Notes: a model not told the origin generated them from the letters alone. 63,991 nt of DNA, filler included, from Mitosporidium daphniae (GCF_000760515.2; 7 parts of 7 records of this genome joined end to end with filler, not necessarily neighbours in it), one strand, 5' to 3'; positions 32,427-45,100 are shown, counted from the first letter of the whole stretch. Translations and numbers: made by a program.

Positions 32427-33317
32427 CTATATTACAATATTGAGACCCTGAACTTGCGGGGTCGAATCCAATAATGGCGGATAGGGCGATCTGATTACTT
32501 TAAAGCTCAAAGGCCATGAGGAGTCCATTCCAAATATGCCCAGGGAGGAGCCAAGCCCCAACATGCCTTTGCTGCGCATCTGACGGCGCAGTCGTCTTGA
32601 CTCTCTTTCTTGAGCAGATGGATGGAAAATGGAGGATGCGCTTTCGTCAACTTTGGTCACCTTTGGCGAGTATAAATCCCACTCTTGCTCGGGTCGGAGC
32701 TCTAAAGGCTTAGGATTTACAGAAAGAAGCCCCATAAGTTCATATGGTATCTATAAGAAAAGCAAAAGATCAAATTTGTGTACCTGTGAGCGTTCGTCAA
32801 TGTTCCAGTCATATCCTTGGTTAACGAGTGCCTTTCTTGCCCAATGGCACTGTTCCCTTATTGAATGGGCAATTGCAGAAATAAACTCTGTATTTAGCGA
32901 CATTTCGGCAACAAATTTTGTGGCATAGTTTTCAGGGGAATTCTTGTAGCTTTCACATTCTGGATTTAACTGCCACTCAAACTGGTCTATCAAGTTATAT
33001 CCAACCGCAATGATGTCCAGCTACAGTAAAAATCAAAAAAAAACCTTGATTAAGAGCATCAACGGAGGGCCTTGCAGAATAACGTTGAATCTACTGAAGT
33101 CTTCCATTTGCAGCCGAATGGAGGTTGCAATTTGCGACCTGAAAGAGGAAGAGACAAGATTGAAGTCTCTGCAAAGCAACTCGGCAAGATATTCCTCAAA
33201 AGAGCTGCCAAGAGGTGTTGATATCTTAGATGCCTGATTAATGTCGACCAAAAAAGTGTCTAGAAACCGAACACCATCGGCCTCGACGTCAATCCGAATT
33301 GGGGCCAGCGCAGACAT
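32427..33317 (-). CDS. SNF5/SFH1-family chromatin remodelling subunit, 2 introns
   Basis: APIRIDVE...DTF, IATSIRLQ, IDQFEW, SPENYATKFVAEMSL..EFISAIAHSIREQ, RESRRLRRQ. Confidence 0.9.
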
Positions 33318-33410
33318 CAGGCAAGTATTTTTATTCGTAAACTTGAATTAAATTTACAATTGGAAGGCCAGTCATCGAAACCTAATTTTCCACATTTAGA
33401 TCAACGTAGC

Positions 33411-34842
33411 ATGGTAGCAGTGAGTAAGTTCTGGATCGTTGGTCTGGTATTGCTGGTACTGTCCATCGGTGTCAACTTTTATGCCTACAAAAAGCATGGC
33501 CAATTTTACCCTGCATGCATGCATCTATTGCGGTCCAATGCTTCATATGTTCCTCTGATGTGTACCTTCTTTTATTTTTGTATTCTCGTTTGCATGGGAT
33601 TGCAAGCGGTATTTTTTGGGCCTTTAAGGATCATTGAGCATGAGGTAATACGCGCTAAATTTAGTTATATTTAGCATATGTATGAAAATACATGGTATGC
33701 ACTGTCCGAAATTCTAATGGCAATGACTATTTTTAAAGATGAATTCAACACACGATTTGCGTTCTTTTTTGGGATTCTTTTGGTGGGAAAGCTTGCTCAC
33801 GGCCTGCTTAAAGACCGTCTTGACTTTGTAAGTAGCTTTGTGCCCGAATTATCTGAAAATCATCCCAAATCCCTTAATGATATTTTTATTTGAGTAGATG
33901 GAGCAAACCGCTGTCCTGAACAGAATATTTCATCTCAGAATGATATATTTGCTTCTCGTTCTATTTTTCTTGGATGTTGGATTCCTGAGATATTCTATAG
34001 GCCAAATATCCACATATGGCCCATCGATGATGCTTATATTTGCTTTTGAGGCCGGCATACTTACCGTGTCTCTGATCTCAAGTGCAGCAAAATATGGCTT
34101 TAATATTTATGACTCTTCCCTTGCTCCAGAAGAGTGGGAGTCAAAATCAATTGCAATGGTCTATTTGGACATCATTTCCGGTACTTTTACGATGCTCTCA
34201 TCGATTATAGACTTTTTCCGTCTTCTCTTGTATGGGACCTTTTTTGGCGCCGTTACAGGTCTATATGGACTTCCTATTCACATCATACGAGATTTTTATT
34301 TGACAGTAAAGTCGTTAGCTACAAGAATTCAGGACCTTCGTCGATTCCTACAGGCAACGCAGAATATGGAGGAAAGGTAAACGGGTTCGCATTTAATGGC
34401 ATTCAATAGATATATGGATGCTACAGAACAAGATCTTGGTGCCTCTGACCGTCTTTGTATTATTTGCAGAGAAGATATGCAGTCTGCAAAGAAACTTGAC
34501 TGTGGACATATGTTCCATTTCAAGTGCTTGAAAAGCTGGCTCGAACGCCAACAATCTTGTCCGACATGTAGGAGCCCTATTTTAGCTCGATCACCGCATG
34601 CTGCTCCCCAAAATTCCCAACCCAATGTCTCCACAGCAAGAGAAAGCCCCGTTTTACGATATGGGCACTGGAGCGGTAGCAATTCTGGCCATCCTGCATC
34701 TCCGTTCGAGAGCCCTCAGCAACTTGAAGATTCTGATTTCAATGAAGTCACCCGGCAAATAGAGGGTCTACGCCGAATCCAGTCGCAAATCTCTGGCGTG
34801 ATTGCCGAATTTGACCGCTTCAAGAGTGAAAACGAACATTAA
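33411..34842 (+). CDS. HRD1: ERAD E3 ligase Hrd1/synoviolin, multiple introns
   Basis: FFGPLRIIEHE|HMYENTWY, DRLDF|MEQ, YGLPIHIIRD, RING-H2 CIICREDM..AKKLDCGHMFHFKCLKSWLERQQSCPTCR. Confidence 0.96.
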
Positions 34843-34954
34843 AATATTGTTAACGTTCCAGTAAATTTTTAAAGTGCACATGTGCGTTTTGGCAGCCTTT
34901 ACATAACCGAATTTTAACAATCAAGAAACTGCCAATCGGCACAAGATAAAAAAT

Positions 34955-36037
34955 TTATTCCTTCCCCACGAGATACTTTTTAATTTGGGCCAACGTACAA
35001 TTTGAATATTCTTTTGAGAGCTTGCATCTCCCCTCTTCACCTGGGGAAACGATGCTTTCCAATATTGACCATGGGTTGGTTAAATCTGCATCAAACGCTA
35101 CCTGATATCCTCTTTTTGCAGTCTGCCTTGCATCTGCTTTTGATTTTACAAAAAAAGAATCTTCTCCCTCCTTTTGGGCCCGAGCCACAAGGTTGCGCAA
35201 AAAAAGCGCCTTGTCAGCGATCAAAGAGCCGCCATACTGAATTGGAAGGTCTCTTGACGAAACATGCATCCATAGTTCTTCTTCCGAAGTGACAATGGTT
35301 GCTCCAAAATTCCCCCATTTTAGGTACCACCAGGGCTTATATAAAATAATTGCACCCCACTTGATTGGAAAACATTCGGTGAAAAAGGACAGCACCATTC
35401 TTATTGACTCGAATAAGACATCACAATCTTCCATTGCTTCTGGAATCTCGTCTTCACTTGTCGACATGACACTCATAAGCTTCTTTTGAACATGCCAAGG
35501 GGTATCCTGAAGGTCGACAAGGATGCATGCAGAGTTTCTGATGGCCTCTGGTTGCTGTTGCACAAAATAAGTCGCTAAATAGATTGCAGCCTCTAAAATA
35601 TCCTCTGGAGCCATCCAAGATATATGGGAAAGGAATCTAGTGTGTATGATGATAATTGGGGATCCATTCCTATCGACGCTTCCCGGAAGTGAAATGCATC
35701 CAGGAGATATTATTTGTCCAGGCTTGAGCTTGTACAACCTTTCTTCGTTATTGTTAAGACTCTCCTCCACATCATTGACAATTAGTGGAAGAGACTTGTA
35801 AAGCGATGGTTTCATAGATTTTGTCCTTCGAACATAATAACAATACTTTTTGACAGCATCTTCGAGCACAAAATCATTAGCCCTCAGAAATAACAAGGCT
35901 GTGGATGGTGGAACTTTATGGTCCGTTGTTTTTATAAAGTTTTGAAGCGCCTAAATTGAAATGATTAACGCTACCTGGTCTTGCTCTGTGGTTAAAAGAA
36001 AGCTTAAATCGCCATTGATACCAGCATCTGTAAGCAT
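34955..36037 (-). CDS. CRAL-TRIO/Sec14-like lipid-binding protein, one 24-nt intron
   Basis: LTTEQDQ|ALQNF, LLFLRANDF, DRNGSPIII, FPIKWG..LYKPWW, LPIQYGG. Confidence 0.85.
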
Positions 36038-36395
36038 GTTGATCTTTGAGCAAACAGACACTCATTATAGTTCTTGCATTTGATTTGTTGAATTTGGTGG
36101 CTTTTGATCCAATAAAGAATCATAGGACAAGGTTTAAGGGTAACATTTTAATTCCTCAGGTTAGGGTTAGCACCGAATGAATTTTAACGGGCAACCTTGG
36201 CCAATTTCTTTCTCCATCTTTCGGTATGCATGCAGATATGGCGAAAGGGTTAAGGGTTTCGACCTCAAGATTTGTTTGACTCTGCTATTTCATGGTAAAA
36301 ATAAACCAAATATGAGTATAGCTCCCAACAGTGAAGCCTTATCTCAAGTAGTGCTTGAACATAATTTTATCGGTCAATATTTATTGTATGAAACA

Positions 36396-38321
36396 TTAGT
36401 TTTTAGGATAATTAATTGAAGGTGAAATGCCAGCCTGTGGTTGGAATGGAAATGTTGGGGGGAGTATTCCTGGGAGAGGAGGTGGTGGAATTGGCCAGTT
36501 GGGAATAGGAGCGTGTTGGCTTGAAATTCCAACTCCATTGCTAATGGCCACTGAATATGGATTCCCCGAATCAAAGTAAGGCGGTGCTGCCACTTGTGTT
36601 GAGCATCTATCTTTGCCATAAATAATTTTACAGCTTTCAAAAACACGATTCGACCTGGAGCCCACAAGAGCCTTGAGCGCAGACACGATGCTTGCAAAGT
36701 TTACAAAAGCAACTTGTTTTTCCGGAACGCGCACGACAGACTCGATGGTTCCATACTGCGAAAACTCGGATATGATGGTAGAATCATCTGGAAGCTCATC
36801 GATGAAAAAATCTAGCGCATCCGATTTTTTTGGAAGTCCAATGTAGATGTTTCGAGTTGCGCCCCCTTTCTCAATGGCTTCAAGCATTTCATTTGTTAAA
36901 TCTATCGGCTTTCCAAATCCAATTTTGTAAATTTTTCTGCCAAGCACAAAAATTCCAGGAACATCAGGGGAAATGTTGGTTTTCGAGTCATCCGGTTTGT
37001 TTTCCGAATCACAGACGGCTTGTTCAAGATGAGAAATTATGGGTCGATGCCCCACAGTGCTGACATAAAAAAGCAGTGCATCAGATGCTTTTACAAATGT
37101 GATGAAGGCGCAGTTTTTTTCTGGCACAATTTTCAAATTAAACAGCGGCCCGCCTCTTATCACATTTGCCAGGTCACTCAAACAAGTCTCTTCTGGGATG
37201 CTTCCAAGAAAAATTGTGCGATGATTTTGAGTAAAGGGAGCAGGTACTCCGGCAACTTTGAAAAGATGTGAATTTTGCATGCAAAAGGTCGAAAACTGGC
37301 TCATTGGAATGTTTTGTGCTGTCTGTAGCTTTGGCATTGCAACGGAAGGAACGGCGAGTCTTTGTTCTGAAATTTGGCGAGCCGAAGAGACAGGAAATCG
37401 ATCCTTTCCATAGCAAATCTTGGAGCCGGGAAGGCCCAGAGATACGGGCGAAGATGATCCCAAGAGCGAAATGAGCTTGATTGCAGAAGCAACTGTCACG
37501 AAATGAATAAAAGCTGTCTTTTTCTCTTTAAGCATACGCACACTTTCAATGGCTCCATAGGATGAAAATTTATCCAGCAAGTAAGCCTCATTTAGTTGAC
37601 TTTCTTCCAATCCGCCAACATAAGCAACGCGGGTAGCAGGAGGAACGGAATTCATTGCAGCCTGTATATTTAAAGGCACAGGGCTTGAAGATTTTGCAAA
37701 AGCTACTTTTAAGGGAATAGAGGAGGAGGCAATAAGAGGCGGCGATTTGGAATAAAAATTAAAAAAAGACAAACTCGTAGGAAGATCCAAAAATTCAATA
37801 AATGCACCTTTTTTCAGCAAGTAATTTTACCTCTGCCACTGGCCCACATTTAATAACATCAAAGATCTCAACATGCTTGGTGGCTTCCGTAATATTCCGC
37901 AGGTAAATTGTCCTAGATGGCGGCAGCAGAGAGTTCCCAGATGATTATGATGATGAGGTGTGGCCACAATTGCCTGCTGAAGCTTCTGCTGATAAAATAA
38001 GGAGGCTTTAGAGTGAAAATGGCTAATGGAGAAAGACAAAGATTTGATAATAAGCTTAGAAGAAGGGAAATAATACTGTGATGTCTCTGGATTATAAATA
38101 CCTGGGGGATATGTCGAATATTGTTGTTGAAGCGGATGCTAGTGTAAAGTGGAATAATATGAAGCAAGGGAAGCCATATAGGAATTAGAGATTGCGACCC
38201 AGTTGGGGTCAGTGTGATCAAAAGAGGTCGATTGATAGGGGTCTTTACCGGCCTTAAGCCGCCTGTTCACTTGATCATGCCCTATGATTGGGTTAAAGAT
38301 AAAGGGCTTTCCTGCCTTCAT
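36396..38321 (-). CDS. Four-RRM RNA-binding protein of the Mrn1/S. pombe Nrd1 family (5' part disrupted in this sequence)
   Basis: RTIYL.NI, ATRVAYVG, NHRTIFLGSIP..IRGG, EKNCAFITF, GATRNIYIG, YGKDRC. Confidence 0.85.
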
Positions 38322-38515
38322 CAGGGGCTTGTTCGAGTTGCATTTTCATAATTTAGGTGTTGAAGTGCGTTGTCGACTTTTGATCCCAACTGATTTCGAT
38401 TTGGGAGATTTATTCAAATTACTTTGGCGATCAAAAGATGCCATTATGCCCACTTTGATTTGATGTGTGGATGGCATGAGTTCTTTAAGCTAAACACCCA
38501 CATGAACGAGCTATT

Positions 38516-38615
38516 NNNNNNNNNNNNNNNNNNNNNNNNNNNNNNNNNNNNNNNNNNNNTTAATTAATTAANNNNNNNNNNNNNNNNNNNNNNNNNNNNN
38601 NNNNNNNNNNNNNNN
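38516..38615. other. Artificial contig linker
   Basis: N44-TTAATTAATTAA-N44. Confidence 0.98.
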
Positions 38616-39729
38616 GTGATTGAGAAGAAAACAGACGGATTTCATGGCAGATGGGAACTGATGTTTAGTTGAAGATTTCAGCTAAATTTGATCTCTAATG
38701 GCGAGCTCGTCTCAAGTTCGATTGATTTTTTTGTTTCATCCATTCATGAAAATAGCAATAAGGCCAGAATTTCTCTCAATCACAATATTTGTCTGCCTTA
38801 ATCACGATAATATCCAGCATGTACACCGATTTATCGGGTATTTTTCACGTCACGTTGAGAATAAATCTCCGTTTGTGTCCGCATTTTACTTACGTGTCAG
38901 GTATTCTCTAGATGCCGCGATTTGGGGGCAAATTTGTTGGATCATTCACATGGTTGAGCAAGTAGCCTTTCATTTGGGTGTAAAAGGTCTGAAGCTCCGA
39001 GAGGCTCTTCAGTAGCTTTTGTACCCCAATGGAAGCTCAAAGACTTTTATTTGTTATAGAGCCCTCAAACCCCTCTTGTTCTCCGTTTAGCGAATTTTTC
39101 TCGAAAGAGGGATGAGGCCTTTGAAGCGGATTCGAGAAAAGACGGATCTGCAGACGGAGACGCAAGTCTTAAAGTTGAAGGGAGAAATAGAAAGGGAGCA
39201 TAAGCAACTCTAATCCACGAAAGCTGCAAAAAAACCACGAAAATATAGGAAAAGAGAGAAGGAAGCCAATGTAGCAAGCCAAACCCTCTCCTCCCAAAGC
39301 AGTAGCAAAAAAGGCAGGGGCAAAGCTCAAGTTTTTCTCCAAACCTTCGGAAGCTTTAAGGCTTAATAAACTGGCATCTGCGAATTTGAGTGAGAGAATA
39401 AATCCCAACCCCCAACCTGCCAAGTAAGTCTCATCAAGCCATAGGTTTCGCACTCGGGAAGTTTCAATAGTTTCATATGCATATCCTTTGGAACGATTTA
39501 CTTGACCTCAGATCGATTTTTTGGCCTTTTTTCAACGCGATAACAATAATAACCATATGCCAAGTATTGGCCAGATTGATCCTTCCAAGCGGCTGGCAAT
39601 ATTTGATTCAATAATATTGCAATCAGACTCGCCCAAATTCCGATGTTTCTGAAAGCTTTGGTAAATTTTTGCAAAGGCTATAAAAATTTAAACGCCTTGT
39701 AACAAAATTGAAATTGCGGATTTTTTTTA

Positions 39730-41852
39730 ATGCATTCACCGCACAAGCTCCAATTGTATGTACTTCCGCCTAATGTTGGCTAGAGAAATATGTGATTTTC
39801 AATATCACATTAACTGCGAAAATGCGGCCACATATCTTTCGATAAGCAGGATTACCGGAGAGATCAGCCTGTCGAACTCTTTTCAACGATCAATCCCAGA
39901 ATCTTTTGACAAGCAATTTTTCGGAATCCTTGGAATGATCGATTTGGAGCTTGGTAGACACATCCAATTTACCCATGTTTCTTAGGGCCATATCTTGTAG
40001 TTATTAGCAATGTGTCCTTTGTTTGTTCCCTGCCTTATGACAGGCATATTTTTGAAGTCTTGGATGTTGATGTGTTGCCCTGTTACGCCAAGCCATTGAA
40101 ATGCGATGCGTCTTTGATGCAAGTACGTCATTTTATAGTGTATTTTCAGAGCTTCCAGGAAAAAGAATACATTTATCTTGTCAAGTGTTTCTTTCTAAAA
40201 AACAAAGTGTACTTTTGCAAGTCATACGATTTGACCAATTCGTCCCAATCTACATATGCCACGGATGAGCCGCCTGGCCCTTTAGGCAGTCATGTAAATA
40301 TTTCTGTTTAAGCAGTTAGATAAAGACGCAATTTTGTAGCAATTTTTATCTCTTACAGCGTCTTTTACTTGGCAACAAACTTAGCATGGTACTTTTTCCA
40401 CTTAATTTTAGGACCAATTAAAGCCGTTCGTCGTCATTGCAATTGAAGGATGTAGGGCATCTGCAAACTTACTGTGCTTTAGACATTGGATGTTATCGAG
40501 GGCATTTCTATGGCCAATCATACAGTATAATTCTAATCTCCCGGAGGAATTGGAATCGATCAGGTACCATTTGGTATGCATCAACTAAGGTCCTCGATAC
40601 CATTCAAGGGGGATCGACAAAGATGGTTTTGTGTCCAATTTCTGTGAAACAGAGCAAATCCTATTAACCAGCAACAACTTGGTTTCATTTCTTCAGATCA
40701 GAGGCTCGATGCCGATTTTTTGGAGTCAAGTCCCTAGCGGGAAGTATTCGCCCACAATAGATGTAGCTCCGCTCGAATATTCGGTAGTTTTCAAATGTTA
40801 TGATGGCTTAGAGAGCGGCCTTTGTCAAGCATTTTACAGAAATATCCAACCAATACGGCAATGTCCAGTCCGTTAACTTGGTTCACTCTCACGGTGTTGA
40901 AAATGTCCCGGCATCTATATATGCTTCATTGTTTGAACAATCGCTTTTTCCGATGCAGAATGCCAAGTTTTCTTATCTACATTTTGACCTGCACAAAGAA
41001 AGCTCAAAGGACCTCAACAGCCTTCAAAACCTGTTGGCTTCCGTTGAAGACTTTGTTGACTCTTCAGGAGCTTTTCAACTCTGTCTTGCTGATAATCGTA
41101 TAATCAGTTTGCAATCTGGCATTATTCGAACCAATTGTATTGACTGTCTGGATAGGACAAACGTTGCGCAGTGCTTGTTTGGCACATATATACAGACAAA
41201 GCAATTGAAGAACATCTTGGGGGCTGACTTTTCCAACCCCCAATTTAATAGCAAACTTTCGAATTGTAGTATTTTGTTCTCTCAAGCTTGTAGTATGGGC
41301 AGATAACGCAGATGGCCTAAGTGTGCATTATTCAGGAACAGGTGCACTGAAAACCGAGATTACACGGTAATGTATAGCCTGTTGATTTGTAAAAGATATG
41401 GCAAGCGGACAATATTGGGGAGGTTTTCTGACCTGAAGAGATCAGTCCACCGATATTACTTGAATAACTTTAAGGATGGCCCCCGTCAGGTACCGTTGAA
41501 TTCTAATCACACCAGGATGCAATGGATTTGGTGTATGGGCGGCTGATACCGACACCCAATGGCCTGAGAAAGGCACCCCCTCGTATGATCAAGGTATTGA
41601 AGCTAGATTCATACTTTTCAGATACTGGTGCTGCTATCAATAGCTTCCATTGTTTTTGTGTGCGAGCTTTTGCTTAATGGAATCCATCTTAACAATGACA
41701 CTAAGATTTGGGCTCCAATATTTAGAGCCACCCTTGTTATCATAATTTCAACGTCTTGTCAATATGTGGTGAAGCATAAAAATTGGATTTTGTCTTTCCC
41801 AAGCCGGGAAACCTCGCATTTGGGTGGTCGCCATCCATTAGTACCTACATAA
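39730..41852 (+). CDS. SAC1: Sac1 phosphoinositide phosphatase, about 12 mini-introns
   Basis: [33 protein letters not shown], catalytic [40 protein letters not shown], two C-terminal TMs. Confidence 0.95.
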
Positions 41853-41870
41853 ACAGCCATAAAAGGAGGA

Positions 41871-44800
41871 TCACCGATGTATGCACTCGAATTCGTGGTT
41901 AATAGCTTTTGATAGACACTTCATAAAATCGGTAGTGCCCACAATGGCCTTTAGAGGTTCGATGATCACCTCTTTGACAACAAGTTTTTTGGAGATTTTT
42001 TCCGAGGATAATCCTTGTGCGTGAGAGCAAACTGAAAACGTGGGAATCTCCAAGTGCTCAACCAGTAAACAACAAATACGGTCCCAATCAGCACCGTGGC
42101 GGAGGCAAAATACGGTTTGAACGTTAAGCTTGGTCTCGAAAAGCAAACAAAGCTGCTGATGTAGCTCGAATTTGTTTAAAATAAACAAATTCGAACAATG
42201 CAGCACATCAATCAGTGCATCGACAGCGACCGATGCCTTTTCAGTGTCTCCGATGATTGGAACATGCATGGCAAACTCGGGAAGCCCTTGGAGCCCAACT
42301 TTAACTTTGGGGAAAAGCAAATCCGAATCGGGCGTGGAGACATACTGGAAGCTATCCTTTAGAGTCCATAAGATTCCCTTCATTCCGAACGGAATCAAAG
42401 CGATAAAGTTTTTCACCAAAGTAAAAAAATCATACCAGTGGTTGGACAAAGCCAAAGCCTTCATGCATAATAAAACGGACGATCTACTAAGCAACGGGGT
42501 CCTATGAAGTTCACCAAATTTTGTGTCCGTTTTCCTGGCAAGCGCGATGGTCTTAAAATAATAGACAACAAGTGCATATGAAGTTCGTGGGGTAATCGCA
42601 TGGGATGGCGATTTTTCCGTTAAAGCCGAAATATCGCCAGAAAAAATCGCATACTTTGTCCCAGCTAGGAGGAAAATTAGCCTTGATTTTACGGCGTCGA
42701 ATTGGCCTTTTTCAAGGCTACATGTGTAAAAACATACAGCCTTGGCAAAAACTTCAAAAGACAGCTTGGAGCACAATGCCACCAAAGAAGAAAGATGCGT
42801 TTCATCAAAGGCATTTAGATGGACTTGAAGGGCTGTAAAATAGGTGTCGCCGCCAAAATTGGACGCAAAACGAAACAATTCGCAAAAATTAAATGGTGGC
42901 GTACATGGATCTGTAAAGGCGGTGTTCCAAAAAACAGGGCGTGATGAACAAATCAGTTCTTTTGAAAGAAAAAGCGATACAAATTTAAGCACAAAAGGAG
43001 AAACCGCAAAATTTCTTCCTCTGCTTGCAGAGCATAAAGAGCCGAAATATATATCGGAAAAGGGGGTAAATGAAAAAGGAAGGCCGTTTTTACCACTTAT
43101 CCCGCCATAATATGGCGAATACAGCATCATTCGATCGCTCCTTATTGAGTGGTAAATGACGGGAAATAGTAAATCCAGTAAAAAGGGGGTCCAAAGGAAA
43201 TCTCTCCGAGTCAGTTCAGGATATGTCGATTTCGATACTTCAACAAAGACAACTCCGTTGGGTTTTGAATTGTCATGTGACCAGGGAAGCAAAATTGTGG
43301 TACCACACCCAAGATACTCGTCATGCAAACGATAGATCCATTGTTTCCAAGAAGTCAATAGCCGCGCACAGAAAAGAGCAGAGTCGTTTGAAGAGGCGCA
43401 GGCAAGAATGTAAAACAAAGGTCGAATTGCAGACGGACGCGTGCTGAAAAGATCGCCCCACAAGCCAGTAGTATGGCTATTTAAATCGATTTTTTCTACC
43501 GAAAATCCAAGCATCCTCATCAAAGGCAAAAAGATGCTTTCCAAATGTACGGAAAATTCAAAACAAGTGTTAAAAAGATCTTCAATAAATCCAGCGCGAA
43601 GCAGGGACAAATGCTTGACACTCTTTAAAGTGAAAGGCTCCCAAAGGCTTTCAAATATCTTGAAGGACTCCATAGTACGGCCTTGGGCGAGTAAAGCACA
43701 GCCTGTGGAATGCTGAAGAAGCTGCAAATGGTCATAATCACAAAGGGTATGGGTGCTGAAAGGGCTTGTCCTTTTGCCATCCCTCAGCGGAAAGTCTTTT
43801 TGCACACAAAATTTGAGAATGCAAGGATGAGAATTGCTTATTATTTGGGAATAAAACTTCATTGCTAGCGAAAAGTCTCCCCTGCGCTTTCTATTTAAAA
43901 GCTCATCTTCCTCTTTGCTGGTTGATGAATATCTTTTGCCGTAGTTTGAGGGAGATAGAGATCGAATAAATAGGTTCAAAATTATGATATTCATTGTGGG
44001 AATGTCATGATAGATTTCTTTTGCATGGCCGCCCGTTTCCTTCAAGCGGTGCAATATCCTTGTGCTCCTCAGCGACGCAAGGTAATGGAATATTTTCCTT
44101 TGAATGCATAGCTTTGCCGCGGAGCAAGATTCCATCTCAATACTAGTTAGAAGGGACTCTGCAGTGGCTGGGGAAATTCCCTTTCCCAAAAAGCTGTCCA
44201 CAAGCCGCTCGTAAAAGGTCAAATTGAGTGCGATCTTATCGTGAAAAGCCGTGCTTCGAATATAAAACATAATCTGGATCACAAGACCACATGGGATTGA
44301 GATTTCATCGTTTGACAAAGAGGTGAACGCAAACGACGATGGCTTCGTGTGGACACTGCTATTGTGGGCATATTTCAACACGTTGACACATGAATTTGTA
44401 AAACTGGTCAAAAGCCGATCCTCACTCTGTTGGGACAATATCGGATTGGGATATCGGATTTCCAACAGCCTGCAATGTGGAGAGATTCCACAAAGTATTT
44501 CTAGGTTCACTTTGGAAAGTGTCTCGAGAATGGACATCAAAGAGTAAGAGTAAACGGCGGACCACGGAATAAAGCTATCATCCATGGATCTGCTTTTCAT
44601 GTATTCAGACACTTTGGTGATAAACAAAAAGATATCGACCGCCAAAATTGAGTTCTGCTTGACAAAGCAAGAATGCAGCGTGCCGTCGACAAGCGTGACA
44701 ATGCGCTCTTTTAAATGTTCGCATGAAGGATGCGCATGGAAAAAAAAAGACTTAACTTGATCCCTAATTAATTTAAACTCTTCCAGATCGTTAACCTCTT

Positions 44801-45053
44801 TCCTGTAAATCTGATCAATATCTGGATACAAGTCCTTCAAAAGCGGGCTTAATGAGGTGCCGCCATCTTCAAAATGGCTGTTGGAAGTGATACAAAAAAG
44901 AGAGGGCACCGGTCTTGCTGGCGAGACCACGTAGTTGTTTACAGCCAATGGTGCTGGCTTTGGAATCAGGGAAAATGAATGCAATAAAGCCAGCTGAAAC
45001 GCCCTTCGACAAAAAGAGCGCCTTAAACTCGGGAGAAACCGAGAAGGCCGCAT
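41871..45053 (-). CDS. Large helical protein with a mitochondrial-presequence-like N-terminus (possibly PPR-like)
   Basis: About 1060-aa intronless ORF; MRPSRFLPSLRRSFCRRAF is Arg/Ser-rich and acid-free; PPR-like helices GDFSLAMKFYSQI and GRTMESFKIFESL. Confidence 0.5.
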   Translation of the reverse strand: MRPSRFLPSLRRSFCRRAFQLALLHSFSLIPKPAPLAVNNYVVSPARPVPSLFCITSNSHFEDGGTSLSPLLKDLYPDIDQIYRKEVNDLEEFKLIRDQVKSFFFHAHPSCEHLKERIVTLVDGTLHSCFVKQNSILAVDIFLFITKVSEYMKSRSMDDSFIPWSAVYSYSLMSILETLSKVNLEILCGISPHCRLLEIRYPNPILSQQSEDRLLTSFTNSCVNVLKYAHNSSVHTKPSSFAFTSLSNDEISIPCGLVIQIMFYIRSTAFHDKIALNLTFYERLVDSFLGKGISPATAESLLTSIEMESCSAAKLCIQRKIFHYLASLRSTRILHRLKETGGHAKEIYHDIPTMNIIILNLFIRSLSPSNYGKRYSSTSKEEDELLNRKRRGDFSLAMKFYSQIISNSHPCILKFCVQKDFPLRDGKRTSPFSTHTLCDYDHLQLLQHSTGCALLAQGRTMESFKIFESLWEPFTLKSVKHLSLLRAGFIEDLFNTCFEFSVHLESIFLPLMRMLGFSVEKIDLNSHTTGLWGDLFSTRPSAIRPLFYILACASSNDSALFCARLLTSWKQWIYRLHDEYLGCGTTILLPWSHDNSKPNGVVFVEVSKSTYPELTRRDFLWTPFLLDLLFPVIYHSIRSDRMMLYSPYYGGISGKNGLPFSFTPFSDIYFGSLCSASRGRNFAVSPFVLKFVSLFLSKELICSSRPVFWNTAFTDPCTPPFNFCELFRFASNFGGDTYFTALQVHLNAFDETHLSSLVALCSKLSFEVFAKAVCFYTCSLEKGQFDAVKSRLIFLLAGTKYAIFSGDISALTEKSPSHAITPRTSYALVVYYFKTIALARKTDTKFGELHRTPLLSRSSVLLCMKALALSNHWYDFFTLVKNFIALIPFGMKGILWTLKDSFQYVSTPDSDLLFPKVKVGLQGLPEFAMHVPIIGDTEKASVAVDALIDVLHCSNLFILNKFELHQQLCLLFETKLNVQTVFCLRHGADWDRICCLLVEHLEIPTFSVCSHAQGLSSEKISKKLVVKEVIIEPLKAIVGTTDFMKCLSKAINHEFECIHR

Positions 45054-45100
45054 CAGGCAGATGTACAAATGTAAAATGCACTAATAAATTAACTTTTTTA

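Noticed and set aside
38139..38141. TAG/TAA reassignment to Gln (in-frame TAG in a Q-rich region; shared stops in the relic copies)
   Set aside because: Conserved genes end at TAA/TAG exactly where expected (BUD13, NTF2, GPD1, RPA12), and multi-kb ORFs contain no in-frame TAR
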